A stretch of 64,000 nt of DNA, taken from positions 29,886,001 to 29,950,000 of the forward strand of contig CM052817.1 of NCBI GenBank assembly GCA_028534125.1, written 5' to 3'. The DNA comes from Lama glama (Eukaryota). Under the pieces are notes generated by a model that worked only from the letters and a program-made list of their open reading frames with translations, had not been told where the DNA came from and did no database searches. How positions within the stretch are numbered: the stretch's first letter is position 1; every line of letters begins with the position of its first letter. The position numbers and the translations under genes are program-made. Below, piece after piece: positions 26,354-38,026 of this stretch.

Positions 26354-26787
26354 TATATTAGTTATCTAGGGCTGTTGTAGCAAGTTATAACAAACTGAGT
26401 TGTTTAAAACAGCAGAAATTTATTCTCTCATGGTTTCAAGTTCAGAAGTCTGAACTCAAGGTGTCAAGAGGGTTGGTTCCTTCCGGAGGAACTGAGGGAG
26501 AATCAATTCCATGCCTCTTCCTTAGCTTCAGGGGGTTGTTAGCAATCCTGCTGTTCCCTGGCTTTTAGACATATCACTCCATTTGCTTCTCACGGCAATC
26601 TCCCCCTGTCTCCTGGTCTCTGTTTTTTCTTGGTCTCTGGGGACACCAGTCAGTGGATTAGGACCCACTCTAATCCAGTATGACTTCATGTTAACTAACT
26701 ACTGAAGGCTCTATTTCCACCTAAGGTCACCTTCTGAAGTTTCCAGGTGGACATGAATTTTGAGAGGACCCTATTCAACCCAGTGCA
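26354..26787 (-). mobile_element. MaLR LTR (MLT1C-like), near full length
   Basis: 'tattagttatctagggctgttgtagcaagttataacaaactgagttgtttaaaacagcagaaatttattctctca...ggacaccagtcagtggattaggacccactctaatccagtatgac...ctattcaacccagtgca'. Confidence 0.9.
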
Positions 26788-27732
26788 AGTATTTTTTAAT
26801 TCCTTTTAGGTTTGAGAATGTAGCAAACATTTCCCATTATCAGTCTGAAAAAATCAGGGTAGCACTCTTCACCCTGACTCTTCCAACAATAATCTCACCA
26901 TAAATGTCCACTTCCACAAGACAGGCATTCTTGATGATGGACTGTAAGGCAGCTACACAGTTACTCTGTTATCACCCCAGATTTCAGATGTGCTGTCATT
27001 TTGCCACGTGATCATGGGATTCCTACCTTTGCCTGAAAAACATGTACATAGAGTTAAATTCCTTCACTAATGGAGGGGATCTCCCCAAACTCTCAATATT
27101 CAAGCTTAATGCAGTTTTATTGGTTTTTCTTTTACATTACTTTAGCTTTGTGAGAAATCTCATGTAGTCGTTAAAATATTTACTTTAAAAAAAGCCCTCC
27201 TAAAATTCCTAGTTTTCATGGGGTACGTATGGACTCATGAAGAATCAATATTATTTTTTAAAAGGAATGTCTTTTTTTCTATGTTACGCAATGAGAATTA
27301 GTCAACTCTCAATTAATAAGTTGCAATTATAGCTATCCTATAAAAGAAAGGAAGTTATGAATAACAACATAACGTGAGAGGGCATCATTTTTACTAGTGC
27401 TTTATTTTGACACAGGATAAAATGAATATTAGTATCTTGAAAGATCAGGGATTAGACAGACTGAAAATGATAACCATTTGAAAATATATAGACTATTGTT
27501 TTGTGTATTAATTAAAATATAATTTAAATAAATGTCAAGGACTTTACTACTTATATCTTTTAAATGTGAAACTAATATCACTTCCTAATTATAAAATCTA
27601 AAACATCAAATATGTTCCTTTAAGAATATGGATAGCTTCTGGTATTCCTGATTCCCATAGAATCACTATGTGGGTCTTATTTCATACATTGATTCACTGT
27701 TTTCAGCATCAGAAGCAGTTATGGATAGTAGA

Positions 27733-28648
27733 TGTAGAGGCAAAGAAAAATTAAAACTAGGTAGTTTAATTCTCCCTGATAAAATATAGAAATAGACTCC
27801 TCCCCCTTCCCCACTCTTTCCATAGTATGTTTACTTTAGAAAACTTATATGTTATTTCTTTGTCTCTTTGAAATGTATGCAAATATTTTTAAAAGCTAAA
27901 TAAGCCTCTTGCCAACGTTAAGCTTCAGGAATGTGTTTCTCCAGGACCTGGGAAACATCCCTTTGAAAGTAATCATCAAGGAAGATGGTATCTTTATCCA
28001 CCAGTTTGAGGGGAGGGTAGTAGAAGCTTAACTGCAGCCAATGCCTCCTCCAAAATTACCTCCTGTCAGAAAAATATAAGAAGTTTATTTTCCTCTCAAT
28101 AAAATCAATTAGCTAAAATAGATGGTAACCTCAATTGCCAAGTGAATTTAGGATGAACTAAGTGTGACAAATAGTTCTTCCTTCATTTTATTTTATTTTT
28201 TTTTGCACATACACATTATATTGCATGTGAATACATACATAAAGTATACTACACATTTTTTTAGTTTACATATATGTACTAATTATTGTTTCTAAAAACA
28301 GATTAGATCTTTTTAAACTTATATAGTTATCAAAGGAATAAAGCCAACTACAAAATAAGAATCAACAGAATAAGGTAATCCAAGTATGTTCTTTCAAGTC
28401 CTCTTACTTGAGGACTAGTCATTCTTGAAACTGAGAGCATGTATGTAATGGGTGATTCTGCTGGGCTATGTAAAAGGGTGTGATTTCTTTCTGTCTTCGC
28501 AGTCACTCAGAAGAGTGCCTGTGATGCACAGCCCACTCTGGTTTAATGCTTATTCAGTAACAAAACTGTTTGCTTTCTCTTCTAACTTTGTTGAGAGGTT
28601 TTCTGGGTTGGGAGGAAATTTTGTTTTTAATACTATTTCCTCTAAATA
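27733..28648 (+). mobile_element. Solo ERV1 LTR (MER34/MER89-like group), interrupted by an insert at 28180-28387
   Basis: Collinear similarity along its length with the second copy at ~49650-50344. Shared motifs include 'tgtctctttgaaa', 'aaggaagat', 'gaggactagt' and 'gcctgtgat'. Confidence 0.85.
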
Positions 28649-29499
28649 GACCACACTAAGTAATTCATATATGCCCTGAGTTAGCATCCCATTAAAAACT
28701 GAATCTATTTTATGCTTTCAGGTATTATCTGTATGAACAGATTGTCTACTCAAGTAGTTTTTTTTTTTAAATGTAGGAGTTTAATCAAATATCTCTTTTT
28801 AAAACATTTGACACTATCATCCTGTAGAAATATAACATTAAATCAACAATATAAACTTGGCCTAGGATTTTATGCTTTAACATGTGAAAAATATTTAGAT
28901 GACTTTTTTTTTTTGGTTTTAAATTATATTTGAGGTAATTTCTAATTTTTTTTTACCCAATTTTGGATTTGGCTACTTCATATATATAATTTAAAAAGTA
29001 TTCCTAGTATTGCATGGCTTTGGTAATTAACTCTTTATTTAATACTTTTACCTTTAATAGGGTTCACCATGATCAGTAAACACTAAGTTAATGTATAAAC
29101 AGAATTCTGATCACTAATATCACAGTATCTAAAAGGATGTCAGCAACACTAATGGCAAAAGAAAATGTGACGTTGTGATTCTATAAAGACAATTACAGAG
29201 ATATTGTTCTGTCTACTCTTCAATGATGATACACCTCCATTGTTTATAGAGAAAAGAGATAGCATTTCACTTTAGCCTGCTTCGGAGAATTGCCAGCTCT
29301 TGCCTCTACATCTCAGTAAAGTCACTGCCACTACAAGGATCCTGTTCCCTTGAACAATAACTGACAAGGCAGGTGACGGTCTGTTGGTATGATTGTCAGG
29401 TCCTCTTGTGCCTATAATATTATACTGCTCATCTGGCTAATTCCAAAATAGTAGATTGATTAGAAAGCATGTTGTAGATTTACCTTAAAGATGCCTAGA

Positions 29500-29690
29500 A
29501 CTGGTACATAGTTAAAAATATAGAGTCAATGAAATACAGATTAAGTCCCAGCTCTGACATTTACTAACTATGTTAACCAGAAAAAAGTTCTCCAATTGTT
29601 CATCTGTTTCCTCATCAGTAAAAGGAGAATAATCATCCAAAAGGCTGCATTGAGGACATTTTAAAACAATTCATTTCAAAATCTAATGCA
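29500..29690 (+). mobile_element. MIR SINE
   Basis: 'aagtcccagctctgacatttactaactatgt...ctgtttcctcatcagtaaaaggagaataat'. Confidence 0.8.
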
Positions 29691-30079
29691 GTTTCTGTCT
29701 GGGTGTCTTGGAAAGCTTTCTTAGGCTCCTTGCTGATGGTATGTGTTGTTTATTGTCTTTTCATATTGGGTGGAAATGGCCACATGGGCAACACACTCGT
29801 GGCCATTGATTATTTCCTATTTGGAACACCTACAAGGGAATGCTTTAGTTGTGCATTCAGAGTGCAAATGGTTATATAGGATATTGTTGTTATCAGCATA
29901 CAAAGAAGATTTAAAAGACTTTCCTACTCAGTTTAACTTTAATGACTAGGTAAAACCTATTTCTGTCCTTGTGAATTCTGTTCTTACTGATATATTTTTC
30001 AGGAAATAATCAGGAGAAAATATCGCCTTCCCTCCTTCTAACTGCAGCATTATTGCTAATTCCATTATAGAAGGATTGC

Positions 30080-30622
30080 TGTAGTTAGTATCCAGAGTGG
30101 CCCCCCAGTGGACCACGCTGTGTGCCCCTCCCCACCCCGGCACCTGGGTTGTATTTGGGCTGGCCCTGCGTAACAAATAAAATACGGTGAAAGTGACTGC
30201 TGAGGCAAAGTCATAAGAAGTCTTAGTTTCTGCCTGGGTGTCTTGGAAAGTTCATTGGGTAAAGCTGGTGGGTTTCTATGAAGTTTGGCTATTCTGAACT
30301 GTCATTCTGTGAGGAAGCCCAAATTAGTCATGTGGAGAGGCAGTATGGAAAGAAAAAGATGCCAGCCAGTCTCCAGCTTTTCCAGACATTCCTGCTTAAG
30401 TGCCAGGCATGTGAGTAAAGAGCCATCCAGACCCATGGGCCAATTGTACCTTCAGATGACTCCAGCACAAATTTGTGGTTTCTGACTAAAACCCTTGGAA
30501 CCCTGAATGAGAACTAGCCAGGTCGGTCCAGGCAACCCACAGAACAGTAAGAAGTAGTAATGTATTTTTTTAAGCCAGTGTTTTCTCAGGTAGTCTGTTA
30601 TACAGCAATACAAACAGAAATA
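30080..30622 (+). mobile_element. MaLR LTR (MLT1G/H-like)
   Basis: 'tgtgaggaagcccaaattagtcatgtggagagg...gccaggcatgtgagtaaagagccatccag...ttttaagccagtgttttctcaggtagtctgttatacagcaatacaaacaga'. Confidence 0.85.
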
Positions 30623-30753
30623 ATTTTCTATGCTTAATTTGAAAAAAATGGAAAAGAATATACCCTTTATTGGATATAACATGTAGTTATACACACTTTG
30701 GCCTGAATTGTCCAAAAACATTTAAGAATGTGAGAAAATCTGACACAAGCCAA

Positions 30754-30810
<57 letters not shown>
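30754..30810. repeat. (AAT)19 perfect trinucleotide microsatellite
   Basis: 57 bp, uninterrupted. Confidence 0.98.
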
Positions 30811-30814
<4 letters not shown>

Positions 30815-30863
30815 TCCATACATAGATCAAAAATCCTACCCAGGACTTTGGGTCTTTTGATAA

Positions 30864-31267
30864 TATCATGCTCTGAATGTGTCCTCCCTGCCTCCCCAGA
30901 CTCCCACCAATTTGTATGTTGAAACCCTTATTACCCCAGAATGTAAGGACTTTTAAGGAGGTGATTAAGTTGAAATGAAGAAGTTAGGGTGGGTCCCAAT
31001 TCAATCTGACTAGTGTCCTTATAAGAGGAAATCTGGACAAACTGAAAGACACTAGAGGTGCCCACACACAAAAGAGAGACCGTGTGAGGACATGGTGAGA
31101 AGGTAGCCCTCTGTAGGCCAAGAAGTGAGAGACCTCGAAAGAAACCAGTCCTGCCAACACCTTGATCTTTGACTTCCAGCCTCCAGAACTGTGAGAAAAT
31201 GAACTTCTGTTATTCAAGCCACCTAGTCTGTGGCACTGTGTTATGGCAGCCCCAGCTGACTAATACA
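30864..31267 (+). mobile_element. MaLR LTR (MLT1A0/MLT1B-like)
   Basis: 'ctgccaacaccttgatctttgacttccagcctccagaactgtgagaaaatgaacttctgttattcaagccacctagtctgtggcactgtgttatggcagccccagctgactaataca'. Confidence 0.92.
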
Positions 31268-31379
31268 AACATGAAGTAAGAGCTAAGAGTCAGAGTATTT
31301 CCGCTGCTAATTGGAGGGGCGCACTGGCTGACGTCTCCAGGGTTGGCTGGCGTCCTGCTCCTGACCTGTATCAACCTGC

Positions 31380-31543
31380 ATATCTCAGACCTATAGTGGA
31401 ACTGGGTTCTGCCTAGTGATTCTGGCTTGAGATATTCCATCAGTTCTATAGACTCTTTGAAATACTCTGAATGAATCCCTTTTTCTGTTTTAGTTAATCT
31501 GATTTGGTTTCTGTCATTTGTAAGCAAAAACACTAACTATAAA
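31380..31543 (+). mobile_element. Older MaLR LTR 3' fragment (MLT1J/K/L-like)
   Basis: 'aatgaatccctttttctgttttagttaatctgatttggtttctgtcatttgtaagcaaaaacactaact'. Confidence 0.6.
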
Positions 31544-31914
31544 AGATCACTCCTTCAATACTGATGTTTAGATGAGTCACAATAAACCATACAAGGTAAG
31601 GAATTCTCCACAAAATGCCTGCAGGTGCTCTTACCGTGGCAGGTACACACATTTACAAAAAAATCACTGGTGGAAGAAGGAAAGTGTTATTACATTAAGT
31701 AATAATATAGGAGGATGCAAAGTTTGCTTAGTGAGATATTTAGATAGTGCTACAAAATAATGACAATAGTCATACTAATAATAACTGTTACTATTATGTT
31801 AAACAAGAAGGGGTTGTCAAGTGCTTATGAACGGCTCTTTTAATAATGGACTGTATGAAAGAGCTCAACAATGTCATTGCTTTAGAATTAAACTAGTAAG
31901 TTGTGACATTTCTA

Positions 31915-32085
31915 AGGGCTGCTTTTAGAGAAAGACAAATCTGTGCTTGAATTCTGACTGCGTTATCTAATAGATGTGGCCTTCAGCAAGTTATTTTCAT
32001 CATCTCCAAAATAAGGATAATGTCTCACATAGAATTATTCTAAATGTTTAAAGAGAAAATGTATGCCAGATATTAACATTAGGAT
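31915..32085 (+). mobile_element. MIR fragment
   Basis: 'ttgaattctgactgcgttatctaatagatgtggccttcagcaagttatt...aaaataaggataatgtctcacatagaatt'. Confidence 0.7.
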
Positions 32086-33282
32086 ACAACAAAGCCCATA
32101 TTTTCTTATTTTAAAGTCCACATCTCTTTCAGAAGTAGAAGGAGAATATGGTTAACTTGCCAAGAAAACTAACTTTAGTCTCTTCTTAAAGTAAACAGTC
32201 TACCTCAATGTAACACAATCTCTTTGGGGCAAATATTCAGTTAATTGGAAGTTAACTTCTTAACAAGGGTAATTCTGTCCTCTCAAGTGATGACCTTTCT
32301 TCTACACACTTACTTGAGAAGATTCCTGGATGTTAGCAAACACATAGGTGACTTTGTGGCAGCAAGAATAAGGCAGTTTGTTCCTGTGCTGGCACTTAAG
32401 TTTTGCAGTTCTCAAATCTTGATTCCCCAAGAAATGTATCATCTCCTAAGTCATTGTGCACATTCACTGCAGCTGATCTTTGCTGAGAGCTTCCCCTTGG
32501 TGGAACTTCAGACAACAGTTCTCTGTTAATTATAAGGGCCTATTGTCTGCCCTTCACATCACTGATTGTGGTCTCCACAGAGCTGGCACTCTACTGTGTC
32601 CTCTATCCCACTCCTGGCTAGACTGTCATCTCCATGGTGTCACCTTCCCCTCATCACAACAATCCTACAGCAAGCAGGCTGCTGCCAGCCTACTTGTCTG
32701 GTTCCTCTCCTAAGAGCATGAGAGGAAACTCCATACCTTGCATGCAATAAGGAACCAAGAGGAAGCAGTGGAGGCCAAGAGATGGTGGAGTACTAATGTG
32801 GAGACTCTCTGTGATTGGACACGGCATGCTTCCTTTCCATGCTCATCATGCCCATGGTGGAGCAAACACACCCTCAGAAGTGGTCTACACACTCTGAGTT
32901 CGAAATAGGCAAAGTCAAAAAAAGTAAACACATTTTCTGCTTTCAGCTCTCTTCCACTCTCAACTCATCTGTGTTCTTTCTATCGTTTCTCTGGAAGTTC
33001 AACTCCAAAGTGGAGAGAAGGGGAGGAATCAAGGACTCTGTAATCTGACTGCTTGCCCGCTTCTGTCTGTCTCGTCTTCTTTGCCCAATGTCACAAAGTG
33101 CTCTTTCTTTTCTCCTTCAGTGGGTACAAATTCTCTTCTGTCTCATCTTCAGTCCTCTCTTCACTGAGGCTTATATAGTCCTAGAGACCTGACTTTTGAT
33201 ATAAAAATGAAAATGCCTTTGCAACTTGAAAATCCTTTGTTTCTCTAAACAAAACCTGTCGTTCAAGGTTATTATCTTTCTC

Positions 33283-33307
33283 TACACACACACACACACA
33301 CACACAC
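33283..33307. repeat. (CA)n microsatellite
   Basis: About 12 units. Confidence 0.95.
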
Positions 33308-33537
33308 TTTATTTCTTACAAGCTAACAGCCTTTCACTGTTTTCCTCCTCTCCTGTGCATTCCTACTAAGAAAATTCTAGTTGTCCTACAGTCATTGGGG
33401 GCCTCTGGTGAAACAGAAGCAAGATCTTCATGTGGAAAATAGAAAAGGAAAAGCATATTAACATAATTTTAAAGATGGCATTCTATTTAATGAATAGAGG
33501 AAATACTTGTAATTGAAGCTATAACTTCAATTCATAT

Positions 33538-33725
33538 TTCCATTCAGTCAGTAAAACAGTATCTATTGAGCTCCTATGCTGCACAATCAGTATGTTAAAA
33601 GTTAGAGAATGTAACAGGGAGCAAAATGAAAGTAGTCCCTGGCCTCATGGGCAAGACAGTCACAGAACAGGAGTTACAAGTGTGATAAGGAGGAGGAATT
33701 TAGGGTTCTATGGAACATTTCACAG
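33538..33725 (-). mobile_element. L2 fragment
   Basis: 'cattcagtcagtaaaacagtatctattgagctcctatgctgcac...gtccctggcctcatgg'. Confidence 0.7.
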
Positions 33726-34674
33726 AAGGTTGCTCAAAAATTCTCCTTCTAAGTGACTTTTTTTAAGACTCAGGTAAAACTACCTAAAAAGTAAATTTAT
33801 GAATATAAATTAATTTTGAAATAAAACAGTTCTTTTAGGATTCTGTTGAAATCTAAACATTTTATTTATTATATTAGCAAAGTCAATTATAAGAATGATA
33901 CCACATAAACATTTATCTCCCAAACTAGCAAGTTTTTCTGTTAATGAAAAATATTTCATTGCCTGAAGAAAATTCTGAAATAAAATATACTTTTCTTAAT
34001 TTAGTTGAACAGAAATAAAGGACAAAACTATTTAAGCAATGATTTTGCTGAATCGAACAAGTCACATTCATATGGATTGAATAAGTTTGTTATGGAGAAT
34101 GTCTATATTTGCATTTTTATTAAGATTGCCGTTTAGAGTGGCGATAATTACTCTCTACCCATTAAGAAATAGCTGTTTTACAGATTTATGGCCCATTAAC
34201 TATGTGACTTCTGATGTTTAGACAAAAAAAAAAATCTGGTTGCATGGCAAAAGTGTTCTCCAAGGACAAAAAGAGACAGAAAAATGAAAGGGCAAACTAA
34301 TCTTTCATCTTTCTGAACATGAAAGCACTGTGTTCTAAGCTGTCCTTTGCCTAAACCATGAAAATGGATCAAACATGCAAAGATGAGATAGGTTATAAGA
34401 CCACAGTCTGGCACATTCCATCACCTCTACTTGACTGAGAATGAAACAGTAGGATAAATAATATCAAAGGAGAGAAATAATTTTATGCATCATTGGTCTG
34501 ATTATAGGATTCTGAGTCCCAAATGTGCCCTAGCTCTTCAACACGCAGAGGATTTCTGGTTTAACTTTGATGTAATATTTAAAATACATGGGGCTTAGTG
34601 ATATTAAAAGATCATTTCTATCATGTTAGAATACATATATGTGTGTGTGTATATATATACACATTTCTCCAGAA

Positions 34675-35180
34675 GAATAATCCCAGCTACCATTTCCTGA
34701 GTGCTCACACCATGCCAGACTTTATGCTAAACATATTACATCTGTTATTTCATGGAAACATCACAAAATGCTATCAGGAATGATCATTGCCACTTTTCTA
34801 ATGAAGGAAGTGAGTTTTGAATGGTTAAAGAAATTGCTGAATATCACAAATAATTTAAGAAGTAGTAGAGTCTGTCTGATTTCCAAGTACACACACTCAA
34901 CTACTGATTTTTCTACATTTGGTTATCAAGGCCATACTTCATTTGAAATGTACTTTGTTTTCTCAGATACCTTTTGTGTTCACCATCATATTAAACTGTC
35001 ATAAAATTAAGTAAGTTTGGGACAGCAGGTATTTTATTCCCAATGTATACATGAGAAACTTCAGAATCAAAATTTATATATGTATAAATTGTATACACAC
35101 ACACAAAATCCAAAACTATGCAATTTATTAAGTAGTGGCAGCTAGACAAAACTTAGTCTCCTAGTTCAAAATTTAGTGTT
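34675..35180 (-). mobile_element. Two antisense MIR fragments (~34675-34900 and ~35000-35180)
   Basis: 'cagctaccatttcctgagtgctcacaccatgccagactttatgctaaacatattacat' and 'ttattcccaatgtatacatgagaaacttcagaatca'. Confidence 0.75.
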
Positions 35181-35789
35181 CTTTTTTTTTTTTTTTTGAC
35201 TTTGCCTCACACAAGCCCTCTTTGGTAAAAGGAGAAAACTTCCTCAGTCTTAAGGCAGTCCCTGAGGCAGACTTCCAGGTTTTGAGCCAGGAGACTTGGG
35301 TATTCATGCTCTTTGAACAAATTCAAAGAGTAATAAGCACACCACATGTAAATGAGAGAAAAATCATTTTTAACATCCATGCTCCCTATCTGAACATCTC
35401 TGACCCTACTTTCCCCAAAACTGTAATCCAATTTCCTGGTGCATCTTCCAGATTTTCTCAAACACCTGCAATGTCAGTATTACCAAGACCTAAATCTTTG
35501 TTGTTTTTATAGGTGAGAATACCACAGTTTTCCCTCTTTTATTCTTTTTGGTACGATGGTCCTACTAATTACTGTAAACATTTTAGGCTCTTATAAATAC
35601 ACTAGAAATAAGAAAGCATTTAAAAGAAATTATAAAGGCAAAACATCACCTTAGAGATGTCTCTAAAGAGAAGCTTTTTCCTCAGACTGTAGGAGCCTTT
35701 GTTGGGACTTTATCTCTCGTTGTAGGGTCAGGGTGATCTGGTCACCTTCGTCTGAATGAAAAGGGTCTTTAAATGGGTAGCAACACTGA

Positions 35790-35900
35790 CAGAGCTCTCG
35801 GCAGGTACCTGAGACTTTCTGATTCAGCACTGCACACCCAGTTCTAACACAGTTCTTGGCACAAAGTAGGAGCTTGATTGAGTGACAAATAGCGAAATAG
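35790..35900 (+). mobile_element. L2 3' terminal fragment
   Basis: 'cactgcacacccagttctaacacagttcttggcacaaagtaggagcttgattgagtgacaaatagcgaaat'. Confidence 0.65.
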
Positions 35901-37759
35901 GTAACAGGGCTGCCACTAGGCTGAAGAGCAAACTTGAATGAGTTCAATGCATTGGAAGATGGCCGGACACAGAAGCTTCATATTCATGGTGATCACCCAA
36001 GAGGTTTTATTTACCCAGTGAGGTTCACCGAGTGTAACCCTACCCACCAACCCCATCACCCCAGCTGGTGATTTCCTTCTTGGCCACATCTCAGGGAGAA
36101 ACTTTTAGGAAAAATAACAGAAATAGGAAAACAAATAGTGGAGGAAGATGCTCCTGACTCAGGGAACACACTCCTCTTATTTTTTTATTTTTTTTTTAAC
36201 CTGAAGTTGTTTATTGGAATAGTTAGTTGTGAGGAGGCACATGATTCAAGATCTTTCCCCACTTAATGGTGACTTCATCTGGCTTAGAACTCACCTTTTC
36301 AGGAAGGAGTAGTAAGAGTGAGCAGCCTCCAAATCTGGACGATAGCGAGCCTATACTGAAAGATACTAGGATGAGCAGACACGCAGACACTGCACACAAG
36401 TCAGAAGAGTTAATGAAGAACCGAAGGGATCTTTAGTGGCAGCTGGTACATCACTGAGAGGTAAAGGAGGTTTCACGGGTACAGTAAATATCCATTACTT
36501 TTACTCCACAAGGAGTAAAACTGGCCATTCTCTTTAGCAAATTGATGATGACGGTGGTGATAAAAGAAAGACACTTAAAGCCGTCTTACTATTAGTATTT
36601 TTATTAATATTTGTTCCTGCAATTCTAGATATGAATATGAGAATTGCAACTGCCTGTGAATAATCAATGCTATAAGCAGTCACAGTGCCATATTGTGGTT
36701 TTGCCCTGGTTACATGTGCAACTTTATTGTAGTGGCTGAACATAAAAGTGTGTCTTCATTGAGTTTTCATTCTGAACTGTTTAGATTTATAATAGAAGTA
36801 AATGAGTGAAATATTAAAAATTATTAAATTGGCTTTTGATCTTATTTATGAAGTATTGATAGTCTCTTTTGGTGAATTTTTAAACTATAAATATATATTT
36901 TATTTAAAAGTTAAAACCAAGAAGAAAGTAAAAGGTGAAATAGTCTGGCTAAAAGAGTTTTCATTTACATTGGAGTGGTTCTGTATCCATGAGGCACCCT
37001 GAAAAATTAAACTGAAATTTTGTATTTTGCTTAAAGAAAACACTTGACTAAAATATTTTACTTGATTTTGACTGAATATAACTTTGTCAAACTATATTAG
37101 TGTTAAAATGTTCTTGGTTAATTTAGTTTTAAATTATAGAATAAATCCACTGTTCATATTTATGTTACTCAAGTCACCAAGATGCCATATAATGTGGCTA
37201 ATAAAACTTTTTATTATTTTTTTAACCTGCCGATGTTTGTTGGAATAGTTAGTTGTGAGGAGGCAGATGATGGAAGATCTTTCCCCACTTAACGGTGACT
37301 TAATAACTTACTAGAAATCAAAGTTCTCTTCTTTCTGTAAATGGGCTTATGTAATATTTTTAAAATTCTTGTTACTGTTCTGGTTGTGGTTATACACATA
37401 CACATACAATAAAACCTTTAGGTCTTTGAAACAGATACCTTTAACTGAGAAAAAACACTCTTAATGAATTTAATACAATTTTGCTGTATAACGTAGAAGT
37501 TTTGATGTCCCAAAAGTATTACTTTGTTGATGTTATGATCCAGAGGCCATCAAGAGACAGACTTTTATTTCTGAATATACAATGAATAGATATTTTAAAT
37601 AAACATTCCCCTTTCCTGTAGTAGGAGGACTGTAGGCTAATACGAATGTTGGAAATGTTTAAGAATTAGATGTAAATATATGTAAACAGAATCATCCACT
37701 TCTAAAGAGGAAAGAAGTGTCCTTTACTGTCTTAACTGAAAATCAGTGCTTTTAAGAAA

Positions 37760-37946
37760 ATATCTGAGCCAGACCTGAGTTTCAATCCTGGCTTTTCTAT
37801 TGATTTTTTTTTAAAGAATATACTTAATCTTTCTATGACAATTTTCTTAAGTGTAAAACAGCAATACTTAACTCCTACAATTGTTATGAGAGCTACATAA
37901 ATTGATAATTAAAAAAGTCCTAGATCAGTGAATAGCATATGCTAGG
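37760..37946 (+). mobile_element. MIR fragment
   Basis: 'gagccagacctgagtttcaatcctggcttttc...tacttaatctttctatgacaattttcttaagtgtaaaacagcaata'. Confidence 0.7.
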
Positions 37947-38026
37947 TTAGGTTAAGCCATGAGAAACTGCCATTTTTATAACTGAAAAATCATTGCATAA
38001 TAACAATTTTATACTTCTCAACATAA
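37947..38026. mobile_element. MADE2-type mariner MITE (80 bp)
   Basis: Exactly 80 bp, 'ttaggttaagccatgagaaactgcc...acaattttatacttctcaacataa'. Degenerate TIRs match the MADE2 TTAGGTTGAACCATATGAAATTGCC termini. Confidence 0.75.

Noticed and set aside
30687..30869. Poly-leucine ORF resembling a signal or transmembrane peptide
   Set aside because: Translation of the (AAT)19 microsatellite.
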